Shown: positions 28,424 to 51,771, counted from the stretch's first letter. The stretch: DNA of 64,000 nt from Nymphaea colorata (GCF_008831285.2 NC_045138.2:28396001-28460000); one strand, 5' to 3'. Program-made: numbers and translations. Notes: generated by a model not told the origin, from the letters alone.

Positions 28424-31364
28424 CGCCATGAAATAACACACAGGCCAACTATATCTAGACAAGACGGGATAAAGTAGGATAATTGGTCATCTCATGGCGA
28501 AAATAAAGGCAAAACTGGACACTTATTTCGACCAAAAAGTAGAGCCATGCTAGCATGAATGATGTTCCTTTGATCAAGGGTTGGATCCAACATCGTCCCT
28601 CTTGTCTCCAAGCACTATCGCTCATTCGGTACGTTACACAAGCTAAGGGACAAAAAAAAAAAAAATAGTGAAGCAATGTGCTGGCCAACAACAGTTCACC
28701 ATTAATGGTTGTGGGGATTGTCTTCCTTCTAACCGTCACCTTGGCCTAAACCTGGCCCTATCTCTGTGTAACAATGCGTTTCAAAAGAGTATATAACATT
28801 TTAAGCTCCTTTGATGGAAAATTATTTTTCAGTTTCTTCATTTTGCGTTTTACTCGACACAACCACCCCAGGTTAGAGGGAGTGTGTTTCGTGTATCTGC
28901 CTTAAAGATTGGAGCAGATTCATAAAACACAAGTTATATTGTTTCATGAATGCTTAGAACGGGTTCATAAAACACTCACATAATGTTCTTACCGCCGAAC
29001 AACCTCTTAGGCTTCTCTAGTTATCTATTATATACTTAAGTTCTTATAATCCACTTTCTTACATAACATAGTGTCGGTCCAAACCAAACCTGTAGTTTTG
29101 TCTTTCTTGGACAAAATAGAATAGAAGATAGGAACAAAGAATTGGCTGGTGGAAGGCCTTTTCAAGCATCTACAAATCAAACTTCCTTGATCAGGAAGAA
29201 ACGACCTCCAATGAGTAGTCTTTTTGTTTGCTCAATGTTGCTGCTCTCACCAATCAGCTTCCACATAGAAAGCTACTCAATTTCGTTTCTTATATCCACG
29301 AATTGAAAGGAGATTTGGAAGGACATTGTCCACGAATTGGGAGAGAGCCAAAGCCCTCCACTCACATTAACCACAAGCATTGGCATATATCTTCTTTGGC
29401 TCCGTTTGATGCACATTTTACTGTACATTGGAGGAAACTTACCGCTTTTGTAGGGCTTTTTCACGGTCAAATAAATCACAAAAAAAGTATCTATAGATCA
29501 GAGTAATTTACCATTGATTTTTTAATAGTACGATTTGTTATCTACCATCAAACGGGGCCTTAAAACTACACTTACACTTGTTTGCATCGGATTTTAGATC
29601 CTTTGATTTCAAATCATTGGATTGAAGATACAAGGTTTTCATATCCAAGAGCTTTGAAATGCCCTTTTGATAATGAAGACTGAGGGCGGTAGTGCACACT
29701 AAATAAGAGCATCTCTTTATCTCTCTCTCTCTTCTAAACACCACACTTAGTTGTCCTCAATTCAATTCTCACGCAAACATAAAACCAACAGCTATCCAGC
29801 CTCTTGAGAGAAAGGTGGGTTGGGAGCACTCATCCACTCGTAGGAAAAATGGGGGATTATTTGTTGGTACTTGCCTCGGATGTCAAGTCTACGGATATAA
29901 AGTCCGTGACTGCTCGTAAGTCATGCGGGATTTGACCCTCGGGTTTAATGAGAGGGTACCAAACGTTGAAGGCTCCTTGTACTTTTCATTATTAATAGGA
30001 GAAAAAGATCGTGAATTTTGAGGAGCGGTAGCAATCAGAAATTTTTGATACGAACAGTATTATTTAGAAAATCAATTCAAATTATATTCAATTGCAAATT
30101 GATTAAATTTAGCAACAGTAGAAGGGTGCCATATATCACGGTCTTTAATACTTTTATATATTTATATTTTCTAAAATAAATATACTAACATTTCTTGTTT
30201 CACTAGTTCCACTAAATTAGCGAGTTAAAGAAACAATTTGAGTTTAAAATCTCGCTTCATGACACCAAGTGAGGTCCTACAGGCACATGGTGTACTACCA
30301 AACAAGGGACAGAGTACTCTTTATGCGTCCGATGCTCCGCTCCCATCATGAAAGGTCCGAAACAAAAACACTCTGCTCTAGAAATACGATATTCTTCTCC
30401 ACAATCAAACGTCTACTAAAAACATTGTTGTGCCCCAAGGCAGGTCCTTGCCTACCTCAAGAAAGAGCCAGCTTCAGTATGCGCACATTCATGAAACCCG
30501 ATAATTGAAATCTGTTTCTCAATGCCTAAAAATTAAATCCCATATATATATATATGATTTGTATTTAAGATACATTAAGTTGTAGGAGGTCAAGAGCTCA
30601 AAACCTAATATATGGGAATATGTCCAACCTTTATTTAGTGACAGATCAGTACAGATATTATTGTGGAACTAATTTTAGTTCTTGATAAATCCAATTTCTT
30701 GCCATAAAAGAATTGCATTCAACTTGAAAGATGAGGCAATGTTTTTTTATGGTAAGAAGCGAATCTTGTTGGTCCCATTTAATTCGGGCTTGCTGTCATC
30801 TTGACAACTAATATAATGGGAAAATGAGGTGGAATAAAGATATGGGTGTAATCAGTTTCGATTTTAGTAGGATGTATCCATTATCAAATTCGTTAATTGT
30901 AAACCAGTTATATGAATTTTTTTTAGATTCAAGCTTCATTTTTGAAAATTAAATCTGGATCTGTACCAAAGGGTCAAACATCCATACTTAACAAGATCAG
31001 ATCTTTACTTCATTGCAGTTAGATATTAGGTAGACTCAAATTTGGATTTGGTCATGAAATTGCGACCGGATCTGAATGCAATCAAAAACTGGGTCCTAAA
31101 CTTTTTACTGGATCCAGCTAACCAGAACCAAAATTGGATCCATAATTAAACATATTTGATTGATTTGCATCCTATAAAAGTCTGATCCATTGTAATGGAC
31201 AGTTGGAAAAAAGAAGCAAGAAGAAAAACAATGAACATTTTAGTTATCTTGCATTAGTTCACACCTTTTTGTTCTTGTTTTTTTTTCTTATCCCTCTATT
31301 ACAATTACAATTGATCAGATGACCCTTGTAGGTGAGCTTAATAACTTTACTATCACTATTCTCC

Positions 31365-31373
<9 letters not shown>

Positions 31374-31416
<43 letters not shown>
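31374..31416. repeat. (TA)n microsatellite; similar tracts near 9124-9152, 9279-9300 and 28395-28420
   Basis: Uninterrupted TA dinucleotide runs. Confidence 0.9.
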
Positions 31417-31419
<3 letters not shown>

Positions 31420-33895
31420 TGGGCACCGGCAGAACCGTACATTTTTCATAGCTGTAAACCGAGCGGGCGAATTTGACCAGGTTGTACGCAACAAATAATT
31501 TTAAGTTGACCTCCATCCATCGGGCAGTGGGCAAGGGGATCGCTTGTTTGGTCATGGTGGGGGTGATTTGTCTCTATCAGAAGGTCGGCAGGTGAGGATG
31601 TCCCAGAACTGAATGTCACCAAACGCATCTATCTCAACAAATCCTGAAGTTCGGTCTGCGAAATCAGATGGTCCCCGGTTTGCGTCCGATCATTGTGGGA
31701 AAGATATTCCTTGCCTTGGCAAACAGAGCAAAAAGTAGCTGGAGTGGTGATCACACCCGGAATGGTGATTTTTTTTTTTTCCCTAAAAGAGCATTCGTAC
31801 AAAAGGAAAATGTTATATAGGTGGAAGACTACGCATTTAATTGTCCTTTGAAATCTTTTGATATTCCTTTAGACGTTTCGACCGGTGGATATCTTGCCAA
31901 ATAAACAAGAAAATATCATCACGCGTTTGTGGTTGTAACCGAAGCTTGACCTCCGCGTCCCTCCCCGCCCAACACGCTAAAATTAAGAACCCAAAAATTG
32001 TAAATTTAATATGAAAAGTCGATCGAGTCCAAGCATAACTGGGCCGATCTCGAATCTCGATGTCCTGGTTCGAGCCAACCTGGTCGTCGATGAGTCCAGT
32101 TTGAGCCCACCTCTTTGACTCGACCCTTCATCGACACGCCTCGAAAGAAACCACTATGTGATAAAGCGGCGACATTTTCTTGACCTTGATGAACACCCGA
32201 AAATCAAGCCCCGTGGAACAGCTGGCGCCAACGAGACGACTGTCCAGGACACAAGGAGACGTGGCGTGGGAGTGAAGAAGGACTTACTTTTTGAAGTCAG
32301 ACAAGTCAAACCAAAAAATACCGCTTTCCTGGGGGCGGCAGCAAACCCCGAAACGGCGCTCGTGGGTCGGTTGGCGTAATAACTCTCAAGGAATTCGTCG
32401 GAAGTTTTTAATTTTCGTTTCCGAGGATAACTTAGTAAAGTATTTACAGATGCCCACCCAAGTAACGCAAGCAAAGGCTTTATTGGCAAAAGACGTGAAC
32501 TTGTCAAACCATGTTAGCCACAATGTAGTTTGTTGGGGGGCGGTTGGATGTAATAAAATAACTATTTGAGTGCTTTGTGCAATATCCTATAAGTTGGAAG
32601 ATAAGCTTGGCTGTGCCTGATTTTTCTAGCAGGCCTAAAGTTTTGGCATTTTACAAAAATAAGCTAAAATTATGAACTATTACCAATTAACTTAACCATT
32701 TCAAGGCCGTATTGGGCGGCCAGTGCCAATCCTGATTTATCCTTTCATAATGAGCTATTTTTCTTAACATGTGACCTCGAGTTTGACGGTTTTGCATCAC
32801 TTCATTCACAATTTTTATTCCTTTTTGACTTTTAGCACTTATCAACCAATATTTTCTTGAGGCAGGAGTTTGCATGGTGATCTTAAATCCAAAGTATGTA
32901 TCAATTTTTGTCAATAAAGGTAAGGAGATCTTTAATTTCAGTAGTTTTGAAACCCAAATGGCTAGAAGTTTCATGAGTTATTATATAGTGGTATTATGTT
33001 AAGATTAGGTTTGTTGAAGGGCAGTTTTGTCAATACACTTGATAAATTTATTTGTAAGAAACATATAGCTAACATGGGAAGGCATGTTCCCACATTTGAA
33101 CAAAATAGGCTTTTACACCAATTTTTACATAAAAATTCAAATTCCATTTTCACCCTTATAAGGAGAGGCTCTTTTACTTAATTAATATAGATATTATAGA
33201 TGGTCCTAGTTAGGGACCATGACATTGAACTGCTAATCCCGTATGAAGACAGTGTTTTCGACGATCCAAAGGTCAGGAGTAATATGAGGAAGGTGGAGCC
33301 CTGTCTTATAAAACACTCAGCAACAGGAGCCATATTGCAATAAGTATTTTTTTGTTGGGCTATGCCTTGCGATCTCGTTCTCTTTCCAGATTTTTCCCTT
33401 TTCTCTTCTCTTTCCTTTTCCAGCAAACCCTCGAAACGCTCTCTGCCTTGCCCTTCCGCGGCTCCGTTCCTTCCTTCCGATTTCTAGGGTTTGCCCCGTC
33501 GCCTCCGGTCATCTCTGGGCCAGAATATTGTCCGGATTCCGCCGGAACGTTGCCGGATCTGCATGATCTCACGGTGTCGGCGTCGGAGGTTTGGTTCTTC
33601 TCGCTTCCGTCGCCCTCGGTCCGATCCGGCGTGGCGTACGATCGGGGGCGATAGGGACCCTCCAATCCTTTCTTGTTCTGAAGGCTAGGGCTTCTTTTCC
33701 TCTCTGGTTCTCCCTCTCGTCGTCGTCTTCGCTATCTCCTTGTCCTTTCGCCCGTGGTTCTTCTCCGTTAGGTGCCTTTGTCTAGGGTTTTCTTTCTTGA
33801 TCTTTTCTTGGTTTTCTTTTTTCTTTTTTGTTATTTTCCCCTTCTTTTCTTGCTTTCCTTTTTCCTTCCAAATCTCGGTCCCGGGATTTGTTCCG

Positions 33896-43182
<9,287 letters not shown>

Positions 43183-46100
43183 TTATGGCTGCTGAGGACC
43201 AACATGCGTAAGCTGCTGGAAATCATGTAAGATTTCTTCAACTCTCCTTTTCTTCTTTTTCTCAAAGAGAAAAAAAAGTCAGATAAAAGATCATTGAGAA
43301 GAAAAAAGGAAATTTATGAGTGATAGAAGACGGGATTTGGGCAAAAAGAGCAAAACTCAAGCCAAGTCCAGACATGGTGGTGAGATTCTTTTAATAGCTG
43401 GCTTTTGACTTTCGTGTACAGGCGTGCTAGTGTATGTAATGTATGAACTGGGTGGCCGACTGTGGGCACTTGGGGAAAAAAGGAACCGGTAAGTATTTGG
43501 TTGTATGGGCAGTGCCCTCATGTAGTGCTCAGCTAATTTGTGAGGCGATGACACCCTTCCTTCGGGGATTCGGATGTGGGGGAGCCTGGTTCTCATCTGT
43601 AGTTTTGGGTCGATGTTTACAATTTTCTTGATCCTCTAGTGATCTAGGATTAGGTTAGAATATAGGTTTTTTTAAACTAGGATTCTTTCTTCCACATCAT
43701 TCTTCTCTCTCTCTTGCTTAATCAAATATTGTACATGGACAACTCATCTTGTAATACAGTGATTGTTTGTCCTCTCTGTCTTCTTCCTGACTATGGACGC
43801 GTTTTAATAAAGTGTGTGTGCGCACGATTAGGTGGTTCGCTGTGGGTGACAAACTGATCTTAAAGTCACAGCCTAAGTTACATATGTGGGCCTTTGGGCT
43901 TTTAGTGGTTGAAGCACTTGATGAAGTTTGCGCGCACGGTTGTACATTTATGGAAATGCTCGCTGCAGGGTGATTTTTCTCACCAGTCAAGGTTTTGTTC
44001 CAGTGCAACTTAGTTAATCCTTTTTGGTCTTTTGGCATATTAATTTCCATAACTGAATGTCATTGGCTTGCGTGCGTCGCAAACTTTGCGTGTCAAATCT
44101 TATCCCCGTCCTAACTTTTGTTGAAGCGTGGTTGGTATGAGCCAGTGAATTTTGCTCCGGTGCAATCTCTCCCTCCTCCTCACGCGTAAATTATACAATA
44201 ACGAAACGAATGTATTTAACGGGCGCGTCGGATCACTAATATGTCGAGCCGCCTCCATAAATAAACTTTTAGGATTATCTTATTCTCATACTGGTGGACT
44301 CGAATCGTACATCTAACATTTGATCCCCGATTCAAGTAATAATGTTGCAATCAGCTTTAGCTGAAGCTCGCAAGTTAAAATCTGCGGTCTTTAGCATGGA
44401 GTCTGATGCTAGATCAAGGTCAAATGGGTCCATGAGATTGCAAATCGAGTAACATGCTTTGTTTCTTTCTCCATTAAAGATTCTGAATTACAGGTTTTAA
44501 CTTGCATGGCTATTCAAATCAGCTTGGTGATTTATTGCCTTTTTTCGAACCTGGTTCCTGAATGGATTCGGCTAATTGAAATGATTTTTTCTCCATGTCA
44601 CGCAACGTCCGTCAGGAGTGGGTTGGAAGTAAGTATATTTCTTATTTTACAAAAAGAAAAAAATTTAAAATGTACACTACAAGCTTTGGTCTCCTTCAAC
44701 TATCATGTGCGAGAAAAGCTTTTGAGAGAGAGAGATGATAGAGATATTTTTTCCCCCCGGGAGATGTCAATTGACTATGTTCAGTTTTCCTATGCAATTA
44801 GTCAATTAATTGGATGTGGGAGGAGGTGCATATCCAATCCAAATCCTATCAGTTGACATCCTTATTTGACGTGATTTTTTTATGGTTAAAAGTTGTGCAA
44901 TCTCGTTGAGATCCATGAAATGATAATTCTTCACAAAAGAAAAAGAATCTGTTTGACAACGGATCATGTTCGATCTAACTATTGCTTACCATATGGATCT
45001 TCCTGGTGTTCACATATTGGAATCCGAAAACGAATGGAATCAAAGGGTGAATACTCAATCTCCCTACTAACCACCGCGTGCAAGGTTAAACGAAACGGAT
45101 CCGCCGCTCCCGCCACGTTCGAGGATCTTTGTTCTTCTCTGAATCTGGTGGTCTCTCTCACTCCCCCCCTATCCGGTAGCCGTAGGCAACATTCTCTCTC
45201 TCTCACCCTCGACCATGGCTAGGGGTTTCTTTTTCTTTCTTTGTCTCGATTTCGATGAATGCCGGTTTTACCTACCTCTTTCTCTCTCTTCCTCTCTCTC
45301 GCCCCGACATTCACTAGCCGTGTCTCCATTATTCATTGTTCTGATGCCATATCTGTTTTACAAGCGTAGCCTAGAAATTTTTTTGAGATGTTTATCTTTC
45401 AATACAGTTGAAATTAATGTCAGAACTAGTAAAAATATCTTAAAATTCCACATAAAATGGTTTCCAGCTTGTTGACTTTCATTCTGCCGTTCGCTTTTGT
45501 CCTCAAGTTGTATAATTAGTCTTGGCAGTAGGACTGGATACACAAAGTTGTTTAGACCTGCTTCTTTAACTGAACCACTGACGACGACGAAAGATATTAT
45601 ACACACAATGTACATGCATGTCTAGCAAGGCAAACGATACAAAGAAGAACGGTCAGTTTAGAAACATCTCAAGAAATAGCATTATATAAGGCTCTTCAGA
45701 TTCTGATATCCTGCATTGCTATAGGTTGTTCTTCTGTCTCTGAGTTTCAAATCTATAATCCTATTATAGTGTCACCATCATAATGATGTCATTTATGAAG
45801 TTTCATTTGTTACAAGTATTTTAGGTGAAACATGCTTTTAATCTTCAAGGTTACAGGCTTACAGCTACTGTCCATCTTAGCAAAGTCCAGATGCTTTGTG
45901 GAGCAGAAATTAAGTAGAGCATTCTGTCTTCAACTTAAAATTTAAAAATAAAACCTAGCATCATCATCCTTGAATGATGTAAAAGAAAATGAACTGATCC
46001 AGCTTCTGGACTGCTTGCTGATTCTGCAACTTAAATCGTTTTTAACTGCTAAAGGGTTTTAGTTGCCTAGTCATAAATTGTCTTTTTAAAGCAGTTGTGG

Positions 46101-46296
46101 TTCTCTGTCTTGACGAACATTAGTAGTCTGCATGTTTGTGAGATATGTAATTGTACTGCTTGGCTTGTTATAGTTTTATTTTTTTTTTTCCTTAAAGGGC
46201 TTACAGCGAAAGTAAAATAGCAACTTAGGTAGTAAACTAATAAGATTTCTTTATTAACAGCTTCTCAAAGAATTAGCAAGGAAAGCACCAAATGAC

Positions 46297-46675
46297 AGTT
46301 CTAAACCGAGCATAGAACCAGACTGCGCACCTCACAGATCTTGTTACCAGTTTGAAACTGCTGCATCATTACAGGGAGAGTACTTGTCGAGACATTATAA
46401 CTAGAAGTCATACAAGGATATACAGGAGTTATAATTGGCATGTGGTGTGTCCTATGACGAGGTTTTTTACGTGGATCCCATGCAGGAAACCCAAGTTCAT
46501 CTTCCTCAATGGTGGACAGCATGACAGGATTTGGCCAACGCCGCTGTGTATGTACACTGAAGAAACGAGACACAAGCATACTAGAATTTGCATTTGGATA
46601 AAGCTGGCATACACGAGCTACCAGGAGAGCCCAATTTACGCCACCAAGAGACCCTGTGACCATTGAATATACATC
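46297..46675 (-). pseudogene. Inverted partial copy of the poly(A) polymerase gene: end of exon 7, all of exon 8, first 34 nt of intron 8
   Basis: The reverse complement aligns without gaps to 40897-41260. By hand count there are 22 substitutions in the 330-nt exon (about 93% identity). It is preceded by GATGTATATTCAATG, which resembles the exon-7 end GGTGTATATTCAAAT. Confidence 0.92.
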
Positions 46676-48917
46676 AGCAACCCTCTTTATCGGAGAATTA
46701 GCATGAGGAGCAGTAAGAAAATCAGTTGTCTAGCTATGAATTCAATGGCAAGGGGTAACTGTGAACTACGCCGCCAGAGGCAAAAAAGTAATTTGTCCTG
46801 ATGTGAATTCCATGGCAAGGTGTCACTACAAATAATAACACCAGCGTTATGCATATATCCCTACTGATTATGCGTTAATTACATGTCTTCTGCATTCTTA
46901 ATTGCTCAATTGTTACATGTTGATGCTTCTATGTACGTAATAATGACTTTTTCTTTTCTTATCATAATACTATTCACAAACCACTAACCTTTCTTTATAT
47001 GTTAGTTACACACTTCGTCATGTTGTTGGCGTCGAATTGTTCGTTTCCCAAGTACTTGTTATGGTTTGTGTCTCTCAATGGTACTACTGATTTCTCTTCT
47101 GTCAATAACTGATGCATTGTCACCATAAGTTACTTTATTTTGGTTCCTGCCATTACCTTTGGTATGTATTACATGATAAATTGTTTTTTATCATGTTGTT
47201 TTTCTCTAAGATGATCAATTTTTGTTGCCTTAATTATCTACTAGATCATCTTTACATGTGCTAAGGTGATCGGCTCTGAGATTGCCGTTTCTCTCTTAGC
47301 TTTTGTTTGGTGTACAATTTTGTCCTTGATTTTGCAATCAGTTCAGGAGCCTGAAATGTCATGATGAAGTATGCTTTTCGATCAAATTTTGAATATTAGC
47401 CAATATGTTGCCTGACTGTTATAACTTTGGATTTGAAGGTCTTCTTTTGTGTTGTTTTTCTTGAATATTAGCTACCAGTGTAATCAAACAAAGACAATTT
47501 TATGGGAGGTTATACTTTTGAAAGCAAAACGTAACATTATGGTAGTTAAGTTATGCGAAGATATTTACTCTGGTGAGATTTAAAATTTTGGCCATACTTC
47601 TATGGTTCTTGGAGTCTAATATGCTTCCTATTTGTAGCTCATCAACTGACCTTCCTTTGAGGGTGCCCTGTACTCCAAGGCACATTTTGTTAAACTTTTC
47701 ATGAGAACAAACAGTTTAAACAAGAGTTTAGAAGATAAACCACATTAAGGATTGCTCTACTTTACTTTTGTCTTGATGGAGGTCATGGCAATGTCTGATT
47801 GGATTCATGTTAGTATTCGGGAAGTTGTTGAAGCATCCAATGGCCATGAGGTACTTCTAGACACCAGCTTCTACTGCATATTTAATCTTGTCTTCATAAG
47901 CATGCTCTATGTGAAATTGATTGCATTCATGAATCTTTCTCCATAGAGGTTGTCCAACAGAGTATCAAGTTCATTGGCTGGTACTCGAGAAAAATGTGTT
48001 GCCTGTAAGAAGACTGAAAAGGTTGGGCAGACAAAATTCCTTGTAAATTCCCTGTAAATGACTGTGTTCCAAAAAATGGACATGTTCATGGAACACTGAG
48101 TCCCAAAGAACAAAGTTTATCAGGTGTCGGATTGATCCGAATAATTGGATGCATTTACTATTGAGAACTTGGTGGATAACTGGAGCTACTTTAACCAAAC
48201 TTATTATGCAAATAAATGTTTCTGTGCCCAAAAAAGATAAAAGAATAGAAAAATACCCAAATTGTACCAATACTCAGCAAGGTAGAATTCAAATTTTTTT
48301 TTTAAATTTTATTTCATATTCTTAAGCAAATTGGTAGATGATTGAAGTAAATCTAGTCATATATATGTATTCAGCACCTAGTAGTTGACGTTTAAGCCAG
48401 TTTGTTTTGATGTCCGAATAGGGCTTTCATGAGAATTGAAATTAGTTTCACAATCTAAAATTTTTGATAAACTGCAAGTTACAAATCTTGTCTACGTAAC
48501 CACAGCACACTGATCCTGTCGCGAATATAAAATTTTCTACCAACTTGTAGATCACAAACATGCAGCTAAAAATGTCAAAGAACAAAGGAAGAGCATTCTG
48601 AACTGTAATATTTATATTGCACCAGAAATCCATTCTGGATAAGATCTTATACGGTCCAGCAGATCAGATCCGGCACCACGCCCACCTACCAATATGTATG
48701 TTACATAACAAAAGTAACATAGCACTCTAAAAATTAAAAGACAAAAATGCCCTTCGGATGTAAAATGGAAAAACTAAAAATCAGCGCAGTTTAAGGACAC
48801 AATTGGAAAATTAAAAAGAACAAAAGAAAAGATATATCACTAGAAATTTGAATCTCCGTCTTTTTTTTTTTTTTTAATCGATAACCCTATCAACAGAGCT
48901 CGCACTGGTCACGGGCA

Positions 48918-50527
48918 TCAAAGAGAAGAGGCTCGGTCATGGGCATCAACGATAAGGGGCTGGGATTCATTCGCGGCAGCGTCACCACTGTCTTCTTCCA
49001 AGGTACTCTCCGGGCGGTTAAACTCCTGCAGCTTTTCCCGGCTTGGAGTGCCATCTCCGGTAAGCAGACACTCGATGAATTCGACATCCCCGGGTGAATC
49101 GCTCCTACCATGCACTAGTTCCCTTGATCGTCTCGCCTCCTCACTCCAACGAATCGTGCAAACGGCATACATCATGACGGCCGCACAACATACCTGCGCC
49201 GCCAGCAGCCCCAACCAGATTCCGATGAATCCAGCACCGGTGAAGAGAGCGAGTCCCACCGCCACGGGGGCACCAACCATGTAAAACGCCGTGATGTTTA
49301 TCAGGGCACCGTAGGACGGCCGAGCGCACCCCCGGAGAACTCCGGACCCCACCATTTGCGGGCAGTTTCCGAGCTCGCAGAGCCCGACGATTGGCATTGC
49401 AGCAGCCGCCAGTGCTGCCACCTCCAACGCATTCGGGGCGAAGACCTCTGCCCACCTCCGGGCAAACTTCGCCGCTAATGTAAGTGAGGTGGCGGCCATG
49501 GCGATGGACCCGGCGATGGCAGTGACTGCAGCCAGCAGCGCGCGGCGCGGCCGTCCTGCGCCGAGCTCGTTCCCGACCCGGGTTGCAGCGGCAGACCCGA
49601 GAGCGGCCGGGAAGGTGTAAAGAAAGCCTACAGCCTGCATGAGGACGTTCATTGCGGCCATCTTCGGCTTCGGGTCAACGAGTCGGGCAGATAGAAAGGT
49701 GGCGAGCTCGTAGAACCACCATTCCAGGCAGACAGAAACCGCGGTAAACAGAGATAAGCAGATAATCGGCCACCACCCTTTAAGGGAAAAAGTAACCGCC
49801 GAGGCCATGAGGGGCGATGTAGGCTGGAAGAGTAGGTGACATAGGCCACGAGGAAGAGGAGAGATGCGAGGTTGGAGGTGGAGGAGGCAACAGCAATGCC
49901 CTGAACCCCAAAAGGACCATGGAGGAGTCGAGCGAGGAGGAGGTTGAGGAGGGTGGCGGTGAGGGAGGCGAAAGTGGCAGGGAGGGTGACGGACTGAGAG
50001 CGAAGGAAGACACGCAGGGGGAGGAGGAAGGAGAGGACGAGGAGGTCGGGAAGGGAGAAGAGAAGGAAGGAGTAGGCGAGAGAAAGAAGAGTTGGGGAGA
50101 GGGTGGGGAAGAGGGAGGAGACGAAGGAGGGGAAGGAGAGCCAGAGTCCGGCGATGGGGATGGACGTGAAAAGGAGAAGGGCGACGGAGCGGTGGAGGGA
50201 AAGGGACAGGAGGTCGGGCCGTCGAGCGCCGTGGGCCTGAGAAGAGAGGGGCTCAAGGCCGAGAGAGAGCCCCGCCAACACCGAGTAGGCCGTGAGATTG
50301 GCAAACGCGAGCGCAAGGGCTGTAGCTGCTAGAGCTTCATTGCCGAGCCGGCCGAGGTAATAGAGGGTGACGGCCAAGCGAGCCCACTGCAGGACATTGG
50401 TTCCCGCTGTCGGCAAGCCGATCGCCGCCTGGTAAAGAAGCTCTCGTCTGATGTCCCTTACAGATGGTCGCCACGAGGCTTCGTCATCGACGGTGGTGGT
50501 GGAGGAGGTGCTTCTCATGGTGGTCAT
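48918..50527 (-). CDS. Intronless MATE/DETOXIFICATION efflux transporter (DTX48-56-like clade) with one frameshift near 49770-49800
   Basis: Upstream ORF has LGRLGNEALAATALALAFANLTAYSVLAGLSLGLEPLSSQAHGA and LLPLRVFLRSQ. The overlapping downstream frame has SVCLEWWFYE, ATRVGNELGAGRP, GLCELGNCPQ..GSGVLRGCARP and GALINITAFYMVGAPVA. Restoring one base joins them (…LFPLKG|WWP…). It may be a pseudogene or an assembly error. Confidence 0.85.
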
Positions 50528-51771
50528 GGGACTTAGGTGGTGGCCTTTGGTGGCGCGAGGAGGATGAACAAGAGTGGCCGGTGGAAAGGACAGACGAAAC
50601 ACGATTGAAGCATTATTAATCAGTAGCTCTAATTAGAAATGCAACCCAAACAGATCGCTTTGTAAGGAGGTTGTGGCTGTACATAGAAAGCAGCACTTAT
50701 TGTGAATCCCAAGTAGCTAAATCCAGAAGCAGTAGCCATTCACCAAGGCAATCTTGTTTTTATGATTCGAATTCAAAGCTAGTTAAGTCGGGCTATGGAA
50801 GTATCGAGGGTTCAAAACCCATGAAAAATCTGTTTAAGGATGCATAGGGCTTGAAGGCTACAGTAATGAACAGAGTAGTTCTGTATCTTCTCATGCCAAC
50901 ATGCTAGTGAGTTTCAGAAAATGTTATATGACAGTTTTTGTAGAAGAGGGAGAGGCATCAAATTCGATCCACTAGCTGTATGTTTCCTCCTGCAAGAAAT
51001 GAAGCAGTTTATTGAAAGACAAGCGTCTTCGAGGAACCTCGGTTTATTTTTCTCTCTCGTGGATTTACTGCCAAAACTACATGGACGGTTGCCATACTGA
51101 ATATAGATGCCATTTTAGTGGAGACATGGCATTCTATAGTAACTGCCACCATCTCCCTTGGCATCAGCGTCGCATATTATTCTTAACAAATGTAGCGATG
51201 CTTGACGATCAATGAAATTCAACTCGAGTGATTCCTCTCGTGGATGTTAGACCAACTATGTTCGACCACGTAAAATTGTGTCTTGATCTGTCTGTTTGTT
51301 GCTTTGTTCTTTCAGCCGCGTAGTTAAGCCGAACTCACATGCCAATATACGAATCCTGAAGCCCTTTTAGCAAGTTCTCCTTGCTAATACATTTTACAGC
51401 AAAAGATAGCTTATAAAGGTACCAAACAATGAGATTGCACTTAGAAATGGAGCCCGCTGTGTATTTCTTAAAACTTTCTAAGGAAACATTAAGTGCACAG
51501 TGCCCTCGGACATGTCCAAAGCACAAATACCAGGATACAAAGTTAAAGCAGGAAGAGAGATAGGTTCTGTAGAAGAAATATCTAAGGCAAAGAGTTGCAC
51601 AAAAGTTACATAGATCAGCAAACATACATGAAAATAAGCAAAAAACAAAAAACAAGATGTGTTATTAAGACTACACTTATAATCATGTAAGCATATGAGA
51701 GCTGCTTCTGTCTTTATAGTCCCATAGCATATGTAGCAATGACTGAGCGTTTGTACGTGTTGGACGTCCTG

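Noticed and set aside
46301..46663. 120-aa PAPS-like ORF as a functional gene
   Set aside because: It lacks the catalytic exons and has 14 replacements in a highly conserved segment, so it is treated as a pseudogene fragment.
49780..50332. Glu/Gly-rich (+) and Ser/Pro-rich (-) ORFs
   Set aside because: Shadow frames of the C/T-rich transmembrane-coding part of the MATE gene.
50900..51340. Possible solo-LTR remnant (GTGGATGTTAG…GACCACGTAAAATTGTGTC)
   Set aside because: Only a short LTR-like motif; boundaries and TSD not identifiable.
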